NCBI GenBank assembly: GCA_937942965.1
Contig: CALDGN010000050.1
Location: 3,974 to 27,973 of the forward strand
Direction: 5' to 3'
From: an uncultured Acidimicrobiales bacterium
GTDB lineage: Bacteria > Actinomycetota > Acidimicrobiia > Acidimicrobiales > UBA10347
Length of the DNA: 24,000 bases
Positions 1 to 7,704 of the stretch are shown in pieces. Below the pieces are notes generated by a model that searched no databases, was not told where the DNA came from, and saw nothing but the letters and a program-made list of their open reading frames with translations. Position 1 is the stretch's first letter; each line of letters opens with the position of its first letter. Made by a program: the position numbers and the translations under genes.

Positions 1-714
1 GTGCTCGCCGAGCGACATGCGGTTCTCGGCTTCGATGAGTTCAGTGAACGCATTGTGTCGGGCGTCGTTCAGTGCCGCGAGCTCACGAGCCGATGCCGCC
101 AAGCGGCCTTGTTCGCGCAACTCGAGGACCGTGTTCAATACCGCCGGATCACCCATCACCAGCGCGATGTCGACGGCGAACCTCACGGCGCCCCCGAGGA
201 CCTCTGCGTTGCGTTGCACGCCTCGGCGTTCGAACGTCAGCGATTCGCGGGTGAACGACCAGCGTCGCCACGACTCGTGCACGGCCAGCACCGCGGCGCG
301 GCGAGCTGGTGTCAGGAAGCGGGTGATCTCATCGTCGTGACGCGAGTCGACGACGACGGATCGATCGAAGAACGGATCACCGATCTCGACATCGTTGCGG
401 CCGATCGCCCCCGCAAGCCCAGATGCCGCGTGTTGGCGTCGCAACGTCACGGGTGGCCCGACGGGTCGGTGCTGGGCGAAGTAGCGCGTGCGTTGCCCGA
501 ACCCCGTGAAGTTTGTGCTGTGCACGTCGACCTGAACCCAAACGCCCTCGACACGGCCGCGCATAACTGGTTGGCTCAAGAGCCCGGCTGGGGTGTACTC
601 GAATCCGTGGCGGCTGGCGACGGCTCGCCAGGCACGGTTCGAGCGCTGCGCCTGCACCAGGCCCAGCATGAACAGAAACAGCACGACCGCAAACGCGAAC
701 AGCAGCCAGACCAT
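1..714 (-). CDS. hypothetical membrane-anchored protein, 3' end beyond the window edge
   Basis: The minus frame is open over 1-714; I checked every codon in register and found no tta/cta/tca. ATG at 714-712 gives MVWLLFAFAVVLFLFMLGLVQAQRS..., one N-terminal TM helix followed by a soluble-looking domain. The start overlaps the HAD stop (TGATG). It is absent from the ORF track because no stop lies inside the window. The listed + ORF 1..747 is its codon-aligned mirror and reads like antisense (R/H/Q rich). Confidence 0.55.
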   Translation of the reverse strand, partial: MVWLLFAFAVVLFLFMLGLVQAQRSNRAWRAVASRHGFEYTPAGLLSQPVMRGRVEGVWVQVDVHSTNFTGFGQRTRYFAQHRPVGPPVTLRRQHAASGLAGAIGRNDVEIGDPFFDRSVVVDSRHDDEITRFLTPARRAAVLAVHESWRRWSFTRESLTFERRGVQRNAEVLGGAVRFAVDIALVMGDPAVLNTVLELREQGRLAASARELAALNDARHNAFTELIEAENRMSLGEH

Positions 715-1328
715 CAGACCGCCGCGAGCTTGTCGTGTATCGCCTGACCAAGATCTAGATCGGCGTCGCAGTGCAGCCCATGGAGGCCAGCAGCGACCGC
801 GCCGTCAACGTTCCAGGTCCAGTCGTCGATAAAGAGCGTTCGCTCAGGCGTTCCGTCGAAGCGATCGACCGCGAGCTCGTAGATCGCAGCCTCGGGTTTG
901 CGGTGACCCACCGCCGAAGAATCGATCACGACCTCGAACAGATCATCGCCGAGCGCCGGTTGCCACAGCGGCGCCCATTCGGCGACGTTGTTCGTCAGCA
1001 GCCCAACCCGAACGCCAGCCGACCTCAGCGACCGAACCAGCTCCACGCGATCGGGGCGCAGCGAGAGGTTGGCCATGACGTTAAGCGGGCTGTCGGCAGC
1101 AAAGGCAGCACCCGCGTGCGGCACCCTCGATTCGACGTCAGCGATAAACGCATCGAGCGTGATCTCACCGCGCTCGAGCGCGTGCCACGGGTGCTCGCGT
1201 TCGTTCATCATGGCCCCGATCATCTCGGTGAAGAGCGCGTCGACGTTGTACGGCACGTCCTCGGCCGGAACCGTGAAGTCGGTCGTCATTACGCCGGAAT
1301 AGTCGAAGAGGACTACGTCGATTGCCAC
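714..1328 (-). CDS. HAD-superfamily hydrolase (subfamily IA-like phosphatase)
   Basis: 204 aa with a GTG start. It has the nucleophile motif VLFDYSGVM, motif II LLTNN and motif IV FIDDWTWNVDGA. The stop overlaps the next start. Confidence 0.85.
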   Translation of the reverse strand: MAIDVVLFDYSGVMTTDFTVPAEDVPYNVDALFTEMIGAMMNEREHPWHALERGEITLDAFIADVESRVPHAGAAFAADSPLNVMANLSLRPDRVELVRSLRSAGVRVGLLTNNVAEWAPLWQPALGDDLFEVVIDSSAVGHRKPEAAIYELAVDRFDGTPERTLFIDDWTWNVDGAVAAGLHGLHCDADLDLGQAIHDKLAAV

Positions 1329-1442
1329 GCCCGAATCGTGGCACAGAAGTTGTGACTGATTTCGGGTCCCCGGTGTCTACGTTCGGCTGCACACACCCGA
1401 TAGGGTTCGGACGTTCGTCGATCACGAAAGCGAGCGAGGCCC

Positions 1443-1670
1443 GTGCAAGGCACCGTCAAGTCCTATGACCCAGCTACCAAAGACGGTGTGCTGATGTCCG
1501 ACGTCGACTTCGCCGAATACGACCTGTCGCCCGTCGCGCTCGAAGGCTCCATCTTCCGCATGCTCCGCCAGGGGCAGCGGGTGGTCTTCGACCTCGACGA
1601 CGATGGCCGTGCAACGCACCTTCGTCTCGGTTCCGAGATCGACATGGGTACCCCCGACTTCTTGCAGTAG
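1443..1670 (+). CDS. small conserved hypothetical protein, cold-shock/OB-fold-like
   Basis: 75 aa with a GTG start and high GC3. The N-terminus MQGTVKSYDPATKDGVL resembles the first strands of cold-shock domains, but the RNP motifs are not evident. Confidence 0.55.
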   Translation: MQGTVKSYDPATKDGVLMSDVDFAEYDLSPVALEGSIFRMLRQGQRVVFDLDDDGRATHLRLGSEIDMGTPDFLQ

Positions 1671-1750
1671 CAAGAGTCGGTGTCACCTAGACACCAGAAC
1701 ACCAAGACAACTGACCAGTCAGACGACCCGATCAAAGGCGCTCGGAGATC

Positions 1751-3466
1751 ATGACCACTGCACTCGACGCATCCACCGATGCTGGCCCCCCAAGCGGAGA
1801 CCCTCTCACGACAGAGGCTGTTTCCGACGAGTTGGCGGCCAGATTTGGATTGACGAATATTCGTCTCCAGCACGGCCTGTCACAGGTTGAGCTGTTCCGA
1901 GCTGCCATTGCGAACGACCGAGGTCGTATCGAACTTGGCGGCGCGGATGATGCACAAAAGGCGTATGCCACCGAACTCGGCGAAGACGGTCCGCTCGTCT
2001 ATTACGGCGACCCGACCTGCACCGGCCGTCCGGTACAAGACACCTTTGCGGTGGCCTGGCCCGACCTCGTCGACGAGATCTGGTGGAAGCCAGATTTCAA
2101 GCAATTTGAGCCGACCGCCTACGAGGCACTGCTACAACGGGTGCTCGATCACCTGAACGAGCGCAACGCCGAGCTGTACTCGACCGACGTGTTCTGCGGC
2201 TGGGACCCCAACTTCGCGATCCCGTACCGCTTCGTCGGCGAGTACGCCACCCACGCCTACTTCGCCAACATCATGTTCCCCAAGAACGTGCGCGACGACA
2301 TCGATCGCGACACGCACGGCTGGACGATGATCAACGTGCCGTCGTTCCACTGCGACCCCGAACGTGACGGCACCCTCAGCGAACGCGCCGTCATCATGGA
2401 CCTGCGCAACCGCATTGGTCTCGTGGTCGGCCGGGCCGACTACTCGGGCGTCGTCAAGAAGACCATGTTCACGGTCATGAACTTCGCCCTGCCTGCACAG
2501 GGCCAGCTCACGATGCACTGCTCGGCCAATGTCGGCTCGAACGGTGACAGCGCGATCCTGTTCGGCCTCTCCGGCACTGGCAAGACCACGCTGTCGGCCG
2601 ATCCCGATCGACTCCTCATCGGCGACGACGAGCACGTCTGGACCGACGACGGCGTCTCGAACTTCGAGGATGGCTGCTACGCCAAGCTGATCGACCTCGA
2701 CAAGGACAACGAACCGGTCATCGCGGCCGCATTGTCGATGCCCGGCACCCTCATCGAGAACGTGCCTGCGCTCCCGGGCAAGGCCCTCGCCGAGACCCAT
2801 CCACAAGAGCTCGACCTGTTCGACGGTTCTCGCACCGAGAACACTCGTTTCGCGTACCCGTTGGCCTGCAACCCGAGCGTCGCCGAGGGCGCCGCCGGTC
2901 CGCATCCACAGACCATCGTGTTGCTGACCGCGGATGCGTTTGGCGTGCTGCCTCCGATCTCGATGCTCACCGAAGAAGAGGTCATGTACCACTTCGTCAT
3001 GGGCTTCACCTCGAAGCTGGCCGGCACCGAAGTTGGCGTCACCGAACCAGAGGCGACGTTCAGCTCATGCTTCGGTTCGCCGTTCATGTCGCAGAAGCCG
3101 ATCGTCTACGCCGAGCTGCTCGCGCAGCGCATGGCCGACAACAAGGCTCGATCGATCCTGCTCAACACCGGCTGGACCGGTGGCGCCTACGGCACCGGTG
3201 AACGCATGTCGCTCAAGGCAACTCGTGCACTCCTCAACTCGGCCTTGGCCGGCGAACTCGACGATGTCGAAACCGAGATCCATCCGATCCTCGGACTTGC
3301 CATGCCCAAGTCGGCTCCCGGTGTTGACACGAAGATCTTGAATCCGCGGAACACCTGGGAAGACACTGCTGCGTACGACCTCGCGGCCACAAAGCTGCGA
3401 GACCTGTTCCGCAGCAATTACGACGAGAATTGCTACGGCGAGCTCGGCATACCCAATGTGATGTAG
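1751..3466 (+). CDS. pckA: phosphoenolpyruvate carboxykinase (ATP)
   Basis: 571 aa. It carries the hallmark ATP-PEPCK kinase-1a loop LFGLSGTGKTTLSADP, followed by IGDDEH and a C-terminal NTGWTGG segment. Confidence 0.96.
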   Translation: MTTALDASTDAGPPSGDPLTTEAVSDELAARFGLTNIRLQHGLSQVELFRAAIANDRGRIELGGADDAQKAYATELGEDGPLVYYGDPTCTGRPVQDTFAVAWPDLVDEIWWKPDFKQFEPTAYEALLQRVLDHLNERNAELYSTDVFCGWDPNFAIPYRFVGEYATHAYFANIMFPKNVRDDIDRDTHGWTMINVPSFHCDPERDGTLSERAVIMDLRNRIGLVVGRADYSGVVKKTMFTVMNFALPAQGQLTMHCSANVGSNGDSAILFGLSGTGKTTLSADPDRLLIGDDEHVWTDDGVSNFEDGCYAKLIDLDKDNEPVIAAALSMPGTLIENVPALPGKALAETHPQELDLFDGSRTENTRFAYPLACNPSVAEGAAGPHPQTIVLLTADAFGVLPPISMLTEEEVMYHFVMGFTSKLAGTEVGVTEPEATFSSCFGSPFMSQKPIVYAELLAQRMADNKARSILLNTGWTGGAYGTGERMSLKATRALLNSALAGELDDVETEIHPILGLAMPKSAPGVDTKILNPRNTWEDTAAYDLAATKLRDLFRSNYDENCYGELGIPNVM

Positions 3467-3548
3467 GCGCGGCGTTTGCCGGTGGGCAATTCTGCCCTCC
3501 AGGTACCAAACCTCGCGACAACTGACCCGATCGCTCCGTCGTCCCTCT

Positions 3549-4463
3549 GTGGGGTGGAGTAGCGTTTATCGAAGCCGGCATCGGCTAGACCACGGCATCG
3601 CCGCGGTCCGACGCAGCCTCAACGCGCGTGTACTGCGGCGCGAGATGGCACTGATCGACCAACGGCTCGCGCCCGTCGGGCAGCGCATCTTTGGGCACGG
3701 CTGCACGCTTGGCATCGAGCTTCTGTTTCGGTGGCGGGCCGACAACGACGAGCTTTTGCTTCCGTCGTCGTTCCTGCCCCGGGTGCGCGAGGCGGGCCTC
3801 ATGCACTTGGTCAACGAGGCGATGCTCACGCACGCGGTGCGGTTTGCGGCCGCATCTTCCTCGGTGGCCGAGCCACCGTTCGTGTCCGTCAACCTCAGCG
3901 CCGAACACCTGGGCGCACCTGGGCTCACTCGCCGCATCGGCGAGCAGCTCGCGTCGCGCAACGTCAGCCCCGATCGGCTGATGATCGAGATCACTGAGTC
4001 CGAGTACGTGACCCTCGACGCGGCCTGGTACCGGTCGGCCCGCGACTTGCAGTCGCTCGGCGTCAAGCTCGCCATCGACGATTTCGGGTCCGGCTATTCG
4101 AGCATCGAACGCCTGCGACACCTACCCGTCACCCACATCAAGTTCGATCGGCTGCTCGTCCAGTCAGCAACCGGTCCGTTTGGGAGCATCGTCGAAGGCG
4201 TCGCCCGCTTCGCCACGATCTCAGGCATCGACATCATCGCCGAAGGCATCGAGACCATCGTCGACCTCGAAGCGATGGAGACGATGGGCGTGCGAGCGTT
4301 CCAAGGCTTCCTGCTGGAGCGACCGCTACAACTCGGCAACATCCTGAACGAGCTGCATGCGCGGGAACAGCGCACACTCGCCCAGCTGACCAGCCCCACC
4401 GCCCCAAGCAGCCCGCGTAGCGCGAGCGCCGAACTGTCGCCTGAGGCTGTGACGGCGATGTAG
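3549..4463 (+). CDS. stand-alone EAL-domain protein (putative c-di-GMP phosphodiesterase)
   Basis: Full EAL motif set: ELLFRW, SVNLS, EITESE, LAIDDFGSGYSS, IKFD, IAEGIET, QGFLLERP. The start is uncertain, either GTG 3549 or ATG 3645. The GTG keeps the first EAL helix and matches the spacing of a motif shared with the pckA leader. Confidence 0.88.
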   Translation: MGWSSVYRSRHRLDHGIAAVRRSLNARVLRREMALIDQRLAPVGQRIFGHGCTLGIELLFRWRADNDELLLPSSFLPRVREAGLMHLVNEAMLTHAVRFAAASSSVAEPPFVSVNLSAEHLGAPGLTRRIGEQLASRNVSPDRLMIEITESEYVTLDAAWYRSARDLQSLGVKLAIDDFGSGYSSIERLRHLPVTHIKFDRLLVQSATGPFGSIVEGVARFATISGIDIIAEGIETIVDLEAMETMGVRAFQGFLLERPLQLGNILNELHAREQRTLAQLTSPTAPSSPRSASAELSPEAVTAM

Positions 4464-4485
4464 TCCGTCTGCGTAGTCCGAACGG
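4460..4485. repeat. imperfect 13-nt tandem duplication containing the EAL stop codon
   Basis: GTAGTCCGtctgc (4460-4472) is followed by GTAGTCCGaacgg (4473-4485). The first unit holds the TAG stop at 4461-4463. Only 8 of 13 nt are shared. Confidence 0.35.
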
Positions 4486-4538
4486 CTCACGTTCCGTATC
4501 TTTCGCGACACGCTAGGTGGCCAACACGTCCGGAAGGC

Positions 4539-6407
4539 GTGCCAACTGCCGATCACAGTTCTGTGCATGATGTCGCGCGCCTAAGCCCCGAGGAGCGAGT
4601 AAAGACCGCGCTCGGCGGCGCGTTGCCGGCTGCGATTGCCATCCCGCTGCTCCTCAACGACTGGAGCCCGCTCTGGTTCGTGCTCACATGGCTCGGGGCC
4701 TACGTCGTGTCGACAGGAACCAGCATGATGCTCATTTGGACTCGGGGCGCCTCGCACCGCGTCGAGCGTTGGTGGGCGATCGCTGTCGCCGTGTGCTTCG
4801 CAGCGCTCCCCGCCTCTGCAGTTATCTGGGACGACGGTCGGGCCTTCTGGATCGCCGGGATGATCTGCATGATCTACACGGCGTTCGAACTGGCGTACCT
4901 GCCCTTCGTCGATATCGGTGAATGGCGCACCGGCATTGCGATCGTCGCGCTGTCCTTGACGGTGTCCGCCATGTTCGTGATGCACCCCGTGATTGCGTGC
5001 TTCCTCGTCCCCCTCTTCTTCACCATGATCGCGACGGCGCAGCGTTTGAAGAGCGCCAGAGCGGCCCTCGACAACCAGCTCGAACAAACCGAGCTCGAGC
5101 TCGGTCGTGACCCGCTGACGGGCCTGTTGAACCGTCGCGGGATCGCGGGTGTGTTGGCGCAGCGCAAAGCTCAGCCTTCGTCGCTGCTCCTTATCGACCT
5201 CGACGACTTCAAACGTGTGAACGACAGCCGCGGCTACTCGGTCGGCGATCAAGTGCTTGTCGAAGTTGCCAGGGCCCTCCAGAGCCGCCTGGGATCCGAA
5301 TGGGTGCTCGCTCGCCAAGGCGGCGACGAATTCGTAGCCAGCCGGCTCGGGGCTGAGTTCGATACTGGTGCACTCGAGCGAAGGCTGGACGAGCCGCTTG
5401 TGTGCACGATCGAGACGCACGGGTTCGCCGACGAACTCGACGTGCAGCTCTCCGCTGGACTTGTGCACGCGCCAGACGGTGGCGCCGCCGATGACCTGAT
5501 GGGGCGTGCCACCTACGCGCTTCGCTCGTCGAAGCACACCGATCGCACGCTCACGGTGTTTGGCGATCAACTTGAACAGCGGTTCTCACGCGCTCGTGAG
5601 ATCGCATCGATGAACGTCGCAAATGGCGATGGTGGGAGCTTCGTCGCCCACGGTCAGCCGATCCACGGCGCGAACGGAGCGATCGGTTGCGAGCTCTTGG
5701 TTCGGTGGCGGACCGCGGAGGGTGAGCTACTTGCCCCTGGCGACTTCCTTGCCATGGCGGCGGAGACCGGCACGCTTCCGTTGCTGCACCGGGTCATGTT
5801 GCGCGCGGGCGTCGAGTTCGCCGCTCGGTTCAACGGCTTGCCTAACGCACCGTTCGTCTCCGTCAACGTGTCTGCGTCGCACCTGGCGGCAGAGGACTTG
5901 TTGTCGGAGCTCCGGACTTGGCTGACGACCCACGACGTCGAGCCGGCTCGCATGATGATCGAGATCACCGAATCCGAGCATCTCACCGATCTCGACCACG
6001 GGACGATGGTCATGGAGCAACTCCGACAGCTCGGGGTTCAGCTCGCGATCGACGACTTTGGCACCGGCTATTCAGGCATCGAGCGGCTCCAGTCGCTGCC
6101 GATCACGCATCTGAAGTTCGATCGATCGATGCTGAGCAAGGCCCAAGGCCCGCTCGGTGAGATCCTTCGAGGCGTCACCCGCTTCGGAGCCCGTGCTGGT
6201 ATCGCCGTCATTGCCGAGGGCATCGAAACGGCTGATGAGCTTGCTTCGATGCGGTCGCTGGGCGTGTCGGCGTTCCAGGGATTCCTCTTCGGTCGGCCGA
6301 TGTCGCTTGATGCGCTTGAGCGAGAGCTACTTCGCCACCAGATCCAGAACCCGAAGCGAGTGACAAGCGACGCGCCACCCCCGCTGCGCATTGTCGAATC
6401 GCACTGA
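4539..6407 (+). CDS. membrane-anchored GGDEF-EAL protein (diguanylate cyclase/phosphodiesterase)
   Basis: 622 aa with a GTG start. The first ~170 aa are hydrophobic with about 5 TM segments. The GGDEF domain reads DPLTGLLNRRG...ARQGGDEF, with an intact active site and no RxxD I-site upstream. The EAL domain has ELLVRW, EITESE, LAIDDFGTGYSG, LKFD, AEGIET and QGFLFGRP. Confidence 0.92.
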   Translation: MPTADHSSVHDVARLSPEERVKTALGGALPAAIAIPLLLNDWSPLWFVLTWLGAYVVSTGTSMMLIWTRGASHRVERWWAIAVAVCFAALPASAVIWDDGRAFWIAGMICMIYTAFELAYLPFVDIGEWRTGIAIVALSLTVSAMFVMHPVIACFLVPLFFTMIATAQRLKSARAALDNQLEQTELELGRDPLTGLLNRRGIAGVLAQRKAQPSSLLLIDLDDFKRVNDSRGYSVGDQVLVEVARALQSRLGSEWVLARQGGDEFVASRLGAEFDTGALERRLDEPLVCTIETHGFADELDVQLSAGLVHAPDGGAADDLMGRATYALRSSKHTDRTLTVFGDQLEQRFSRAREIASMNVANGDGGSFVAHGQPIHGANGAIGCELLVRWRTAEGELLAPGDFLAMAAETGTLPLLHRVMLRAGVEFAARFNGLPNAPFVSVNVSASHLAAEDLLSELRTWLTTHDVEPARMMIEITESEHLTDLDHGTMVMEQLRQLGVQLAIDDFGTGYSGIERLQSLPITHLKFDRSMLSKAQGPLGEILRGVTRFGARAGIAVIAEGIETADELASMRSLGVSAFQGFLFGRPMSLDALERELLRHQIQNPKRVTSDAPPPLRIVESH

Positions 6408-6482
6408 GTCGAATCGCACTGAGTCGAATCGCACTGAGTCGAATCGCACTGAGCTGGGTCTGACTGAGCTGGGTCTCGGTTT
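6393..6482. repeat. 15-nt tandem repeat array: 4 perfect copies, then 2 copies of a second unit
   Basis: GTCGAATCGCACTGA occurs at 6393-6407, 6408-6422, 6423-6437 and 6438-6452; copy 1 encodes V-E-S-H-stop of the GGDEF-EAL gene. GCTGGGTCTGACTGA (6453-6467) and GCTGGGTCTCGGTTT (6468-6482) follow. The last unit overlaps the TAA of the convergent Eis-like gene (6481-6483). Confidence 0.95.
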
Positions 6483-7704
6483 AGAACATCTCCGGGCACC
6501 AGGGTGCGGCCGCAGTGCGAAAGAGCTGGGAGAGGTGAAGTACGGCCGCTGCCGAGCCCTTGATCAATCCGCTGGTGTGCAACCCGGGCGCCGCGTTGCG
6601 GCCGAGATACAAGGCGCCGAGCTCGCGCACGTCCATCTCGACGTCAGGCGTCGCGTTCGTGTCCGTGACCGTCGCCGCTCCCCCAGTGATCTGCACGTGG
6701 AACGCTCCAGATGCGTACCCGAGGTCGTCGACGATGCCGAGAACGATCTCGCCGTCGGTCTCGTAGTGACGAGCCGTCAATGCTGGGATCACGTCGAGGA
6801 TGCGCACGTACAGACCATCGGTTGGTGTCCTTTTGATCGCACGAGGGTTGCTCGTCTCCCAGACAATCGGATCGTCGACCGGAGCGTCCCAGAAGTCGAC
6901 GAGCGGAAACAGGTCGACGTGGGTGACGTGGTGCCAGAGCGCACGATGCGCCTCGATGTCGGCGGCGACCAGCGCCTGAACCACGACAGTCCCTGACGGC
7001 ACCGAGTTCTCCCAGCGACGATTCTGGCGGTAGGCGACGTAGCCGATGATCTCGTCACCACGCCGGACCACGACGCTACGGCTCTTCGTCGCCCCACCTC
7101 GGAACCACGGCGGGTCAGCGATGATGTCTCGCCATCGCGGCTCGCCGCGATCGACAAATCCGGCCCACTTAGGAGCGACGGAACTCCAGAACGGTGCGAC
7201 GACGTCGACCAGCTTGGCCGGGTCGACCATTTCGGTACGCAGGTCTTCGGCCATCGGCGGAAACGTGACGAGCCGGCTGTCGAGTTGTATCTCATGCAGC
7301 TCGGTGGCGAGGCCGAACCCGAACCGTCCGTAGATCGCAGCTTCGCTGGCCCACAGGCCCGCGACGGGTTCACCTCGGTCCGCCGCCATGGCCAGGTGTC
7401 GCTGCATCATCTGTCGCAGAATTCCCCGACGGCGATGCGTTCCTCGAACGGTGACCTCGGTCGTACCGGCCATCGCGATCTGCGAACCACCAGGGATCGT
7501 CAGCTGCAGCGGGAAGTCGCCGAGCGTCGCAACGATCTCGCCGTCGACGACCGCGACCACCGTCCGGTCGATCGGCATCATGGCCCAGAATCGGTCGACG
7601 GCCTCGGGGTTGTCCTCGGGAGGGTCCGAGCCGAATCCGCGAGCGACGGCGTCGAAATAGGCGGTGCGTTCCTCGTCGGTGATCGACCGGTAATCGATGG
7701 TCAT
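6481..7704 (-). CDS. Eis-like GNAT family N-acetyltransferase (GNAT plus SCP2-like C-terminal domain)
   Basis: 407 aa from ATG 7704, which forms an ATGA overlap with the MFS stop. It has the Eis-type acetyl-CoA loop VRGTHRRRGILRQMM and the length and architecture of the Eis/UPF0256 family. It ends ...PWCPEMF with a terminal Phe. The track ORF 6481..8091 is an upstream extension running through the MFS gene. Confidence 0.82.
   Translation of the reverse strand: MTIDYRSITDEERTAYFDAVARGFGSDPPEDNPEAVDRFWAMMPIDRTVVAVVDGEIVATLGDFPLQLTIPGGSQIAMAGTTEVTVRGTHRRRGILRQMMQRHLAMAADRGEPVAGLWASEAAIYGRFGFGLATELHEIQLDSRLVTFPPMAEDLRTEMVDPAKLVDVVAPFWSSVAPKWAGFVDRGEPRWRDIIADPPWFRGGATKSRSVVVRRGDEIIGYVAYRQNRRWENSVPSGTVVVQALVAADIEAHRALWHHVTHVDLFPLVDFWDAPVDDPIVWETSNPRAIKRTPTDGLYVRILDVIPALTARHYETDGEIVLGIVDDLGYASGAFHVQITGGAATVTDTNATPDVEMDVRELGALYLGRNAAPGLHTSGLIKGSAAAVLHLSQLFRTAAAPWCPEMF

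Noticed and set aside
6393-6482. Possible CRISPR array, considered for this repeat and for the ones at 12276-12339 and 14451-14485.
   Set aside because: The units are head-to-tail with no spacers, only 13-15 nt long and few in number, and no cas genes are in the window.
6068-6996. ORFs translating the 15-nt repeat as periodic peptides: CDSTQCDSTQ... (6068..6499-) and SNRTESNRTE... (6391..6996+).
   Set aside because: The periodicity is only the tandem DNA repeat read in non-coding frames. Both ORFs otherwise overlap the real EAL and Eis-like genes.
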